Below, one piece after another: positions 52,395-64,000 of a stretch of 64,000 bases of DNA (positions within the stretch are counted from its first letter, which is position 1; every line of letters starts with the position of its first letter). The notes beneath the pieces are model-generated. The model did not search any database, was not told the DNA's origin, and saw only the letters and a program-made list of their open reading frames with translations. The position numbers and the translations under genes were made by a program. This stretch comes from Octopus bimaculoides (Eukaryota): NCBI RefSeq assembly GCF_001194135.2, contig NC_068991.1:80194395-80258394 (forward strand). Direction: 5' to 3'.

Positions 52395-52769
52395 TCTGTC
52401 TTACACACGCACACAAACACACATACACACGTATACACGCACACACGCACAAACTAACATACACATTACGCACAAAAACGTTGCCTTCTTCCGCTTTTTC
52501 TTAACTTCGCGCACGCAGGCATCATGATGCACATGATGCACATGATGCACATGATGCCCATAAGAAATCTCCCACAAGACACTGTCTTCACGAACAGTGG
52601 AGGTAGAGATGGTGGTGATGGACGTACTACCAGTACTGGCGGGGAAGTCTTATGTCCAAATAATGTCTTCATTCATTTCTATTTTAATGAAGCTTTCGAA
52701 TCAAAACTTCTATTCAGTATCCCTACATGGTCCTTTCTTATTTTGGTACCAAACCAGCAATTTTGAGGG

Positions 52770-52922
52770 ATCCCAGTTATCGTCTGGTACTTATTTTATC
52801 AAACCCGAAGGGATAAAAGGAAAAGTCGAGCATGGCCGAATTTGAATTCAGAACATAAAGCCGGACTAAATGCCGTTAAGCATTTTGTCTGGCATGCTAA
52901 CGATTCTGTGAGCTCCCCGCCT
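52770..52922 (-). mobile_element. SINE family A
   Basis: Reverse complement AGGCGGGGAGCTCACAGAATCGTTAGCATGCCAG...GAATTCAAATTCGG. Confidence 0.75.
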
Positions 52923-54809
52923 TAATAGCAACAGATAACAACAGCCAATGTAAATGTTGGTTGAGTTTCCCTGTCAATCGTTACATCGTATAGAGAAAAA
53001 TGGAAAGAGAGAGAAAGAGAGGGGCAGTAAAAGAGACATACAGGGAGTTAACACAAGAGATGTTAGATGAACAGAGAAAGACACATAGACATAGAGGTGG
53101 TGGTCGTCATCATGGACTCTTACATCGATCTTGAAGTCTAAATGTCTGTTTCTTCGTTCAACTTGATAACCTCGTCCATGGTTGAGTATTCCACAGGCAC
53201 ATGGACTTTTAACATAATTGTCAGATAAAGGGATGAGGCTGGTCCACTCCATTCAACGGGATTCTATGCAATTTGCGCCAACTCAGATTTACTCCCTAGG
53301 CTGGTAAAACCCTGAAGCTAAAGTAAATACACCGGCTTAAAATGTTAAACGTGAGACTGGATCCTCGTGAATGCTAAATAAACTTCACAAATTGCTCGAC
53401 CAAATTTGTGTTGAACTCCACTCACCTCATGATACTGCACCGTCATTAGTCCTAAACAACATACAATTAAATAAACCACTCTATTAACAAATATTTACCC
53501 TTGTAAATCCAAGGGGCAATGTTTTTTTTAATATTTTTTAATAACAATTAAAAGTATTCTATAATTTTCTGGTGACGACCGCAAAATTAAAATAAAATAC
53601 ATTTTCACGAAATAAGTAATAGATTTCAGTTTTCCTATTTTCTCTACATTTTTTAGAAAATATATTTAAAGCAAAAGAAAACACAGTGAATAATAATTTA
53701 TTTCATTAAAAAAGGAGAGTTGATTTAGTACCGTAAAATGGGAAAATAGCGGATTACTTCGTGCAATTTTCCCAGTAATTCTATACTGAAAATAATTTTT
53801 ATTGGATGAAAACTGAATTTACGACTAAGAATGGTCAATTAATTTTACATTTATGGCAATTTAATAAATTTATTTTTCGAGGCCATTTATTTTGGGAGTA
53901 GATTGTGATAAGCTTTAGGAAAATGATTTAAATCTTGTATTCATTACTGTAGCATACTCTATCACTCGTCATTTAATCGATTCATTCGTTGAAATGAAAT
54001 TATGTTTTATCACGAAAAGACGTTATGAAAGTTTAGCATGTTACATAAAAATTATTTTTATACCATGATTTAGTAATATTAATTAGAAACGGATAAATTC
54101 ATATCTTAGAAAGGCTCCGTTTTTATGCAAGCACTTCATACCCCGGTCATTTTCCAGTTTTATGTTAATGTTCAAAAACTCTTTTGCTACCTTGCATTAA
54201 ACTATATTCACAATTACAAAATTCAACGAAAACTTTGATTTTATGCAACTTTATAAAGCTTTTCTAGTTTCAACTTCAAAACAAAGTACATCTCAAACAT
54301 TCTTTTTTTATTTGGAATTCTTGAAACTCAAGATTCACGCAAATATGTTGTAGTAAATGGGAGAAGCACATTAATTGCTTCATTTCCAACAAACGTTTCC
54401 TTTTTTTTTTTCTTCCTAAAAATTCAGCCAGAATTTTCTGCTAGGTTCGGCATTTTTATTGAAACTACAACTGTCAAATCATATTGAACTTCAATAAACC
54501 ATTCTTTAAATATATTTATGCTGAAAATAGCTTCATGCAAATCGTTAATATCAAATGGAATTTGCATACAATTTTATTTCTTAACATCTTTTATGGAAAT
54601 CTAGTGATTGAATTCTGTTATCAATTTTTCTAGTTCGTTCAATATGATATGTTATTAAAATTATTGCCGTAATCTTCTTTCAGATGACTGAAGGCTGAAA
54701 AAGACAAAATGCTTCCTTCTTCCATTTTCCTTTACCAGAATTGAAACTTTTCTTTCCACGCCTTTATTTTCGCCATTAAACGAGTAGTTATTTGATGCTT
54801 ACCTTGTAG

Positions 54810-55055
54810 AAAGATATTTCCGAAAACAATAACAGAAACTTAAAGTTAATTTACACAAACGTTTGGGAGTCTGAAAAATATCTTGAAGCTGCAGAACTTT
54901 TCGATAAAATAACGTATAAACTTGAGCAGAGCAGTAAATATTCATATTGGAATCCAACTGAAGAAGAAGAAGAAGAAGAAGAAGAAGAAGAAGAAGAAGA
55001 AGAAGAAGAAGAAGAAACTAATCCCCGATTTTTTACTCTAAAGTTTACAATTTGA
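54810..55055 (+). CDS. Putative terminal exon: KDISENNNRNLKLIYTNVWESEKYLEAAELFDKITYKLEQSSKYSYWNPT-E19-TNPRFFTLKFTI*
   Basis: Frame opens immediately after CCTTGTAG (54802-54809) and runs 81 codons through (GAA)19; absent from the ORF track because it has no ATG. AATAAA near 55465. Confidence 0.4.
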   Translation, partial: KDISENNNRNLKLIYTNVWESEKYLEAAELFDKITYKLEQSSKYSYWNPTEEEEEEEEEEEEEEEEEEETNPRFFTLKFTI

Positions 55056-55799
55056 ACAATGTATTCCATAACTAATAGGAAATACCTTTTAAACAAAGAA
55101 TTCTACCATGTAAAAACAAAAAAAAAGCATTGCTAAACTTTAGTATAAAGATTACTGTTTCTTTTTCTATCGCTAGTCTATTGTTGAATTGCAAGACTTC
55201 CTGAGGAGCCATCGGTGCAAATGCGAAATATTCATTCTTGGTTACTCCTCATTTATTAAAATGAAAAAGTAATATTTTTTTCAAAATATCTAACTGTGGA
55301 TCTAGAAAATAGTCTTGCATGGTGCAATGCCTTCTTCCAAGCATTTTGGCAGGATATTATATTGGGCAGCTTCACTCCATCAGTCGATTTCACAACCTGA
55401 CGCCTAAATGCTCCGCATCTTTTTTTACAATAATTAACTGACGTAAAACAAATATAGAACAATAAATTATTATACAAAAATGATTCAAAAATTCTAGTTG
55501 ATACTTTCGTCACGAATTCAATTTCGCGTTTGAGATTATTATAGCGTTCGTAGCACAGTGGAAGCATAAACTTTGCATAAATAACATAAATCCTTGTCAC
55601 AATTACCAGGTAAAACCAGTTATACGTATTGATCTGCAGCAGCGGATGCCATCAATGCCAGCGCCGCAGAAAAATCTTTCGTATTCTTCACTTTTTTACA
55701 TTTATCATCTTCTCGTAATATTTTCCGCTGACCTAAACAGATTCAAAGAATGAACACTCTTATCTATATGAATGATAAAAAGCAATGACAATACGCATG

Positions 55800-56178
55800 T
55801 ACCGAGAGCGATAAAATCAAACATCCTGTCAGCATCATGGTGTTTGGAATTATCACTAGTGACAGCGACGTTATGCCGCCATTCATCTTCCCACACGGCC
55901 TCACACTTGGAGGAGGTAGTTCTGCCCTGGGTCAAGAGCATGGCTACTAGAAGACCCTATGTCTGACAACAGGACTCTGCACCATGCTATACAAGCAGGA
56001 GAACCCAGTCATGGCTGTCAGACAATTTTTCCGGCCACCTAACATCTGGCCACCTAACTCCCCAGACTGCAACCTCTTTGATTATTATGTGTGGGACGCA
56101 GTTGAGCGAGAGACTAACAAAATTCCTTCCAACACCAAAGATGAACTGAAGGCAGGGATTATGGCTGCATTCACCGAC
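55800..56178 (+). pseudogene. Tc1/mariner superfamily (maT/DD37D-like) transposase fragment
   Basis: KHPVSIMVFG...VMPPFIFP, QQDSAPCYTS, WPPNSPDCNLFDYYVW; truncated at the LINE piece starting at about 56180. Confidence 0.8.
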
Positions 56179-56179
56179 T

Positions 56180-56412
56180 GCCCAGACTGCCTAAATACCA
56201 ATCTTAAGAAATTAGGCTTCTCAAAACCAGAAAGGAGAAAGTTAATTCGAAGACTACAGATCCAATCCCTCATTGGAACTGTAAAAATCAGTAAAGTTTT
56301 CAAGAAGATTATCATTTAAATATTTATGAGCATGTCTAAGAATGCAACTATATGCATGAATACATATATAAACAGACGAATCTGCTCATACATACATACA
56401 TACATACATACA

Positions 56413-56444
<32 letters not shown>

Positions 56445-56555
56445 AAAACACCCTGTTGTTGATGTTGAAATTTCAGGGAAGGAGCGTTGGATCTAGGTTA
56501 GAAACCGGTTCTTTCTCCATTGGCAAGAAATCTTGAAATAAACTGAATAATGACA
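56180..56555 (+). mobile_element. 3' end of the NeSL/RLE-type LINE (same family as 34090-34635)
   Basis: CLNTNLKKLGFSKPERRKLIRRLQIQSLIGTVKISKVF, then UTR with internal (CATA)n. Confidence 0.8.
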
Positions 56556-57063
56556 TATATACATATATACATACATACATAACATAACATACATATATTC
56601 GTACATACATAAGTATATATTGCATCATCAAAATGAAGGTTATTCGACTGTTCACTCACACTGTACTCTGAAAGTGACGCTACGCAGACGGCAATGACGA
56701 ATTTTAATTGGATTAAATACCAAATCATTGATTTGCTTTTTTTCATCGTCTTTCGTTTGCTATCAGAACACAGAAAATGTTGTTTTTATTGTTGTTGTTG
56801 TTCACTTGGTTTACATAGACTCTGTATAAATTCCATCAATAGCAACAACGGACTCCGAATAACTTTGCGTACAACACAAGAACGCAAGAGTAGTCATGAT
56901 TCCTAATATATTGGAAATTCCAAATAATGCGTTGTTCTTAAATATCCCAGTATATAAGCTGCAGAAACATATATACTATACGTTCATCTAATCTATTTTG
57001 CTTTCATTAACGGCTAAATGATCCGGTGGATATTAACACGGTTTAAGGGGATAGCATGCGTGA

Positions 57064-57097
<34 letters not shown>

Positions 57098-57126
57098 ACA
57101 CGCGCGTGTGTGTACGCCAATAACAT

Positions 57127-57166
<40 letters not shown>

Positions 57167-57261
57167 CATTAGCGTTTGTTTAAATCTTTCTCTCTGTCAT
57201 TCTCTTTTTCTTCCCCTCTCTCTATTTCTTTCTCTCTATCCCCCTGTCTCCCACTCATTTA

Positions 57262-57443
57262 TAGCCCTTTTGGACTTAGCGGTATTTTTTCCCGACTTTA
57301 CTTTCTGAATTCAAATGCCGCCGGGATCGACTTTCCCTTACATCCTTTCGGGATCGATAAACTAAGTACCAGTCAAGCACTGGGGTCGAAGTAATCGACT
57401 TACCCCCTCCTCCCACCTTGTGCCAAAATTTGAAACCAATGCG
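57262..57443 (+). mobile_element. SINE family A
   Basis: CTTAGCGGTATTTT...GAATTCAAATGCCGCCGGGATCGAC...CATCCTTTCGGGATCGATAAACTAAGTACCAG...CTTGTGCCAAAATTTGAAACC. Confidence 0.75.
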
Positions 57444-57561
57444 GATATTGCAACCTCAACAGCTCTTTTATAGGATCCAGTCGCTAAGGACATCATCAGG
57501 AGGAAAAGATGGGAAATAGACAGTAAAATGTGTGAGAGTGTGTATGTACCTATAGCGTTCG

Positions 57562-57631
<70 letters not shown>

Positions 57632-57681
57632 NNNNNNNNNNNNNNNNNNNNNNNNNNNNNNNNNNNNNNNNNNNNNNNNNN

Positions 57682-57753
<72 letters not shown>

Positions 57754-59411
57754 ATTTCTCTCTCTCTTTCTCTCTCACTTTTTCTCCCCCTCCCCTCTGT
57801 CTCTCTTTCGCTCGCTCGTACGCGCACTCTTACCATCCTCTTTCCACAGAGTGACGCATCAGCGCAACCGCTTATTCACACCACTGCAATTTACAGTTTT
57901 TAGCGCTTTCATATAACACAACAGATAGATGATGCTCTTTATTCTTGCTAATTGCTGAATCACAAAGGGAGCTGAAGCGCTCATGAACCTTTTTAGGTGT
58001 TCTGAGACTGGTGAGAGTAAAAAGGGGAAGTTATCTTCAGAAAAACCAAATGGCCAGCTGTTGGTGTTAAACTGGCGTTACGGATTAAATCTGCCATTCT
58101 AAGAATAGAAATTATTCTGGGTGTCTTAGGTAAATGTCATTTTATATAATCATCTCAGCAAAAGCTGCATAGCTGAGAATTATGTTAAAGGTACATTTGG
58201 CGGTAGAATGCTCAGCTACTTACATCTTAATTCAATGGGCAGATAACTCAGTTGAATCCGCATCATTGACCCGACGGAGACCCTTCGATCATCCCAATCA
58301 ATATTTTTTTTTTTTTTGCAGGAATCACTGAAAGTAGTGATCATAGTTTATACTGTAATTTTTATCGGATAGCATGACGTCATTAGTCCAGTTGATAGCC
58401 GGACCCATCTCTATTTAACCTGTTATCAAAATAGATTTATAACCAGTCAATCATGGAACCCGTAAGCGATCGTTCAACCTGACAGAAACATCAACCACAA
58501 TCTCCCTCAGATTAAATCTATCATAAAATAGAGACAATGTTGTTCTAAATGCACATTCAATTAGAATGTCCAAGTTACGACTCACTGCCTCAATAAAAGA
58601 TCAGATGGCCATGGTTGGAAGGCTTTTTATCTTAATTTTTCCTCACCCACAGCTGACCTGACTCTAAACAACATACATTTTACATTAAATAAACTTATCA
58701 TTTTGTCTTTTTTTTAATCTTTTCCACCGCAAGTAATTTTTGTACTTCGGCTGCGTTGGGCCATTAAAATTTCGGTTTTGATGCTGCTTCAACATGTTAC
58801 TATGGTCCATTCTCTTGAGATAGTTTTTGTAGGTTCGATTGCTTCATTATGATGTTAATTGAGCTAATTAAATTATTTCATCATCAGTTCCTGAATTACG
58901 ACTATAATATTTCTGAAGAATGGTGGATATGATGAAAATGAAGAGGGGCGCTGCTTTCATCGTCCTCCTTCGGTGTAGTGAACTGAAATCTCGCAGGAGT
59001 TGACTTAGCCTTTCATTCTGAGATTCGATAAAATATAGGATCAGACATGGAATAATGGAGCCAGAATAATCGAATGAATTATGTCTGGTCCATCGTCTTC
59101 CAAATATGTAACCATTTGCCAATACATAAATATAAAATCAATATTTGTATTTCTATAGAACAGCAGAGATGAAAGTGATGCTGAAATTCTAGAACAAATA
59201 TTTTCCAAAAATTAATCATTCCTCAGTATTTTGATTTCAGATCGGCTGCGATGTATTTTGTCTTTTATTCCTTCAGAATTGATCAAGTAAGTACCAGTAA
59301 TATTTAATGTTCATTCAACTGTACATACACCTTTCGTACAAAATTAATCATCGAAAAAATAGCATTTATATTGACATTTTCTAACGTGTATGTTCATTGG
59401 AATTCTTACAG

Positions 59412-59501
59412 CTGAGAATTCTTGGCGATGTCAATTCTCTGATTCGTGATACCGAATATAACCAGGCTGTGACTGCAATATTTCGATTCCTCCTTTGGAA
59501 G
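59412..59501 (+). CDS. Isolated exon-like 90-nt segment (LRILGDVNSLIRDTEYNQAVTAIFRFLLWK, phase 0-0)
   Basis: TTCTTACAG acceptor, AAG|GTAGCC donor (weak), single open frame; no partner exons identified. Confidence 0.25.
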
Positions 59502-60139
59502 GTAGCCAGCCAGGGGCTGCAATAATTCTTTATCTAATTCCGAAGACCATCAACCAGTGACTGCTATGGCTTAATTCCTGAAGACATGAAATAATATGAT
59601 TTTCAATTAGACTATATGCTCAGCTAAAGAAAGCTTTGACGGAAATGTGCTACTGACTGAAATACCTGGTGTCAAACCAATAAGACTATTCGTAATGATT
59701 TCAAATTTTGACACAAGGACAGAATTTGTTTTTACCCCATATTGCATAGAAAGAACCTGTTGGATTTGATCTCTTAATCCAAGTTGAATATTTCCTAAAA
59801 TCCAGGCGTTTCCTGGCAACACCTTTATTTTTTGTGCATTATGGATATTTAAACGAATTCTAGAGAACTATTGAACAGAGATTTATAGATAGAGGGTTTT
59901 AATTTCATAATGTCAAATTGGATAAATTGAGAGTTACTTTTATGAAACCAAATGAGTACTGGGGTCGATTTAATTGGCTATGCCTCCCCACCCATGACAA
60001 ATATGAGGAGGCTTTGTGCTAGTGTTAGAAATAAATATTATTAAATGAAATGTATTACTATAGTTTTAATGATGAAGCTTGTTGCTTTTCGGATGGTATT
60101 CTTAATAAATGCTTCTGATTTAGGCACAAAACGAACAAT

Positions 60140-60325
60140 CGTTAGGGGTGATGTTAATCAATACCACGAACCCCAATACTTGATGATGAGTACTATAATT
60201 TATCGACACCAGAGGGATGATCAGTAAAATTGACATGGGCAGATTTGAACACGGAGCGTAGAGAACAAAAGAAAAATACTGCGAAGCATTTTTCCAACGC
60301 TCTAACAATTCAGCTAGCTGGCTGC
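60140..60325 (-). mobile_element. SINE family A, degenerate
   Basis: AATTTATCGAC...GATTTGAACACGGAGCGTAG...AAATACTGCGAAGCATTTT...CTAACAATTCAGCTAGCT. Confidence 0.6.
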
Positions 60326-60379
60326 ATTCGGTATTGGTTTATAATTATTGCCATTTCCTTGTTAATCGATCCAATCTTA

Positions 60380-61110
60380 TAGTTTGCGAGATGAATTCAT
60401 CTGCATTTAAGGTCAGAAACAAAATTCTTCTTCTGGTCCTAATTGTACGACATACCCTTCATATTCAGTTAAGCAGTTTAAGCTATTATCTAATTTTAGT
60501 TTACGAGCTTTAATTTTTATCCCAATGCAAAGTTTGTACAAGTCTTCATATAGTTTTGTCTTGCACAGCTGTAAGATGGTCGGCTATAGCATCTCGCATC
60601 TATATTGTAAAGGTTCTTAATTCTATGAGACAGAATTTACATTTCTTAATGTATTAATGTCAATTTCAGATTTAAGTTGTATTTCAAAGATGTTAGCGTA
60701 GGGTAGCATGTTTATAAGTGAGATTGGAAAGGCTTTAGTTCCTTAATATTTAGCGAAGGATCAGTTGAATGTCTTCATATCATACAAGTAGGTAAATCTT
60801 TCAATGATTTCAGAGTCACAGACGGAAGATTTCCTGTGCATGGGTTTTACTAAGTCTTCGAATTTCTCTTGTAGCTTTATCGAGTAGAAGCTGTTAGATG
60901 GAGAGGAATTAACTTCTGTAGATAAGTTAAGTTGCATAGATCAATAATTGTGCTGTAGTTTTGGTCATGCAGTCTGCTCTGTAGAATGTTATGTTGTAAT
61001 ATATACCACAAGTCGTATAATATAATTAACAATAATACAACCTATTGATACGAAACTCCACGATGTAGATGCAATTTTGGAGGTTGGTTCAACGAACTGG
61101 TAAAAAGAGT
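60380..61110 (-). mobile_element. Ancient CR1/L2-type LINE RT relic
   Basis: Minus frames give GVSYQ*VVLLLIILYDL (cf. GVPQGSVLGPLLFLIYINDL), IIERFTYL (cf. SFKYLG), YKHATLR*HL (cf. YKSLVRPHL) in the expected order. Confidence 0.5.
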
Positions 61111-61560
61111 AATCGGTAGGTATGTAGAATGAAATATATGTATATATGTGTGTATGTATGTATGACTATAAACTACATCTGATACTGGGACTCTGGGGCT
61201 CTGGTTTCAGGGTTTAAGAAGTGAGGAACCACCTCTTAGCCACTATTGTTCCCAGGTCTACTCTGTCCCGGAGTGGTAGCACCTGTAAGGGTCCCAACTA
61301 TGGGTTAACTAGCAAAACGCCCTACGACTGGGGGGGGGGTCGGTAGAATGTAATCGACGTATTCTTTGCGTTACGTAAGTAGCGACTAAAAGGGGCGGGA
61401 GCGAGGGCACTGAGCGAGACTAAGATGAAAGGTAAAGGAGAGTATCAGTTTGAGGGAGTGAATGGACGAGTATTGGGGAGGTAAAGGCGACATCATGTAA
61501 TGTAGGAAATCTTTTGGCTCTGAATTGTATATAATTCTGTATGTTAATATATTGTCTTGT

Positions 61561-61680
61561 GTCACTGTAGGTTTTTTGTGAGATTGAACATCCTGATGAA
61601 GAGAGTGTTTAGTTTTCTCCATATACGAGTACTATACCATATTATAAGACACATCTCTGAAACGGCCCGTAGATGGTGAC
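61561..61680 (+). ncRNA. Type I hammerhead ribozyme motif with intact core and extended helix II
   Basis: CAUC-CUGAUGA (61593-61599)-AGAGAGUGU...ACAC(A)UCUCU-GAAAC (61659-61663)-GGCCC-GUA-GAUG; distal helix I GUCAC (61561-61565)/GUGAC (61676-61680); predicted cleavage after A61671. Confidence 0.7.
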
Positions 61681-63002
61681 TTTGAATATTACACCGTGTT
61701 TTGCATGTTTTTTTCAATATAGTGTATATAAATCTATTCTTTGTATTGTACACTTTCTTATAATACATATAAATTTTGTGATATCATATTGTATATATTT
61801 ATTCACTATATTTTATATCATACCGAAGGTTTATGTATCGTATTACATCGTCTTATGTTGATTAATATTTTTATATGGCTTGGAAATTAGGAATACTTAT
61901 AAATATTTTTAAATATTTTTAAACATTCGTTATATTTTTGAAGTTTATGTGTTTTTGTATGCCTGTGTACTTTTATTTCATTTTTGGTATTTTCACTACT
62001 GAGAATTGTGTATAATTATTGATTCAAGGATGATATGCACACACATGTATATTAAATCTTTTGTTGGAGATGGGGTATTGTTCCTATACTTTTCCACCCG
62101 TATTGTCGCCATTCAAACTATAATGTATATATATATATATATATATATATCGTCATTAAATCTTAAACCCGAAAGAGAGGCACACTTTAAGTTACAGAGC
62201 AGTAGAGGTATTTTCCTGGTCCAAGAGTCGAATCACCGACCCTATGAAACCGAGACCAAAACATTAACCCCCACCAGTACATCACATAGTTTTCTTTAGT
62301 TTTAAAATGGACAATTTGTTCGAAGAATCATCGCTGTCGGTTTGGCAAACTGTAATTTATAATTATTAGAACAGGGTCTGTATAGTAAAAAAAACCATAA
62401 AGATTGGTCAGGAGAGTTCTAAGAACAGCAATTTGAATCCTGAAAATAAATGGACTATTTGAAAAATGAAAGTATAATGATGAAGAACATATTTCTAAAT
62501 TAAAGAATTAGCAGTTATTCTGGGACATGAGATTGAAAATTTTAAAAGAATGACTATGGTAGAAAAACAATGAGAAAGTAAATCAAAGGAAACGAAAATA
62601 AAATGAGAGCACGAGAAAAACTAGAGAAGTCAGCAGGAATACGAAAAGGTTTGAAAAGCAAAACATGGACAGAGGCAGACATATTAATGTATTGTAATAT
62701 TGATCACATATGTGAATCAATCTTAGAATGAACATGTACGATACAACAGTACTTGCTTATGCAAAATTATGCAATATCACAGAAGGCACAAAAGTCTCAT
62801 GTTCCATATACGCATAAATGTGGTAAACTTACATTAAGTAACTTATATATAAGAATGAATCTTAGAAATTAGCATAAAACGATTATTAAAAAGAAAATAA
62901 TATATAAACAAGGATTATAGAAATTAATGGACAATTCAATAGAGAATGAAATGATAATTAATAATGACTTTGATATTCATTCTCGATTCAAGGTATCTGT
63001 AA

Positions 63003-63040
63003 CTTAAGGGGACACAACAATGTCGAAACACCGGGTGTTC
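63003..63040 (+). ncRNA. Degenerate relative of the 23601-23645 hammerhead family
   Basis: GACA-CAACAA-UGUC-GAAAC-ACCGGGUGU shares UGUCGAAACACCGG..UGU with 23623-23639; the CUGANGA box has decayed to CUUAAGG. Confidence 0.4.
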
Positions 63041-63182
63041 CAAAGTTCGCTTACGAACACACATTCATCTGGAAGGAGGAGTCCTCCGATGACAAAATAC
63101 CCCAGCGGTTAGCATTTTCTGGTTCGAATCTTTAGGATTTAGGAAATAAATATTTTTATTTGTTAACGTGTGTGTGTGTCTA

Positions 63183-63377
63183 AGTCGGCGGAGTGGCAGA
63201 ATCGTTAGCACACCAGCAAAATGCTCAGCGGCATTTAGATTGTCTTTAAGTTCTAGTTCTAAATCCAACTTTACCTTTCATTCTTTTGGGATCGATAAAA
63301 TAAGTATCAGTTGAACACTGGAGTCGATGTAATCGTCTCATCCCCGAAATTGTCTTGTGTCAAAAATTGAAGCCAAT
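63183..63377 (+). mobile_element. SINE family A
   Basis: GGCGGAGTGGCAGAATCGTTAGCACACCAG...CTTTACCTTTCATTCTTTTGGGATCGATAAAATAAGTATCAG. Confidence 0.75.
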
Positions 63378-64000
63378 ATGTGTGTATGTTGTGTGTGTGT
63401 GTGTGTGTGGAAGGATGGTATGTACGTATGTATGTACACCAGAATAAAGATGTTATGCCATACTTATATAACTGTACATACTCACATATACATATATATT
63501 CATCGAATATGTATACACACACATTTTGATATAAATATGTGTGTGCACATGTATGTATTATGTATTAGGAAACATGTTTTACATCTCTTGTTCTGACGTT
63601 TTAAATGAAGGATAATAGCATTTTACGTTGTTATGTTTATTTTTTCACTACCTACTATTATTTGATCTCCTCTGCACAAAATCGTGGACATCCTATTATG
63701 CACTACATTTATACCATCTCTATAATAAAAATAGCATAATGTCGTATCATTTTTTAGATAAAGCATGCAGAAGAAAGCAAAAAATATAAAGTGGATCGCA
63801 AAAAAAAAATTGGGGAAAATATGCATTTTAAAGTTATTATGCATCTGTCTATATTTCAAATGTAAAAGATACGCATGAAAAAAGATTACGTACCTTGCTC
63901 TAACAAATCTGCACTTACTCTGGTGCTTTGCACCAAAACATTAAAGTTTCTTGTGGGTTTTTTTTTATTTTAGTTTAAATATATCTACTTATGAAATGAA

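Noticed and set aside
52523-52558. ORF 52524-52766 starting MMHMMHMMHMM
   Set aside because: Produced by a 9-bp tandem repeat (ATGATGCAC)x4 and running into a SINE.
55190-55240. CUGAGGA-GC(C)AU..AUGC-GAAAUAU HHR-like motif
   Set aside because: Helix I cannot form next to the core; could be chance or a very decayed copy.
63890-63960. Two strong minus-strand splice donors near the window end
   Set aside because: No acceptor or assignable exon within the window.

Overview
Very AT-rich, microsatellite-saturated eukaryotic DNA with nine N-gaps (about 2108-2423, 6327-7161, 8019-8142, 11814-12361, 19844-19950, 26833-26946, 29108-29895, 46533-46601, 57632-57681), almost all flanked by (TA)n or (TC)n. 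The SINE families and repeat landscape look like an octopus (cephalopod) draft assembly; this is inference from recalled repeat consensus. Nearly all ORFs in the supplied track are microsatellite or N-run artefacts. Supportable content: (i) a probable plus-strand gene with tiny exons spread over about 37 kb (18161 to about 55055), encoding an unrecognised coiled-coil-like protein, model incomplete; (ii) a 1.5-kb Tc1 element with TIRs, mariner and maT-like fragments, R4/Dong- and NeSL-like RLE LINE pieces, an RTE LINE with an internal inversion, a CR1/L2 relic and many tRNA-type SINEs; (iii) the main find: at least five sequence-unrelated families of small non-coding elements carrying type I hammerhead ribozyme (HHR) motifs, each with a different self-complementary helix III. 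These include a 416-nt rod-like foldback with an HHR at its apex (26081-26496), a 618-nt palindrome with two inverted HHRs (22012-22629), and an HHR with intact core and a long helix II (61561-61680). No rRNA, true tRNA or CRISPR array seen. Ribozyme activity is untested; all structure calls were made by eye.
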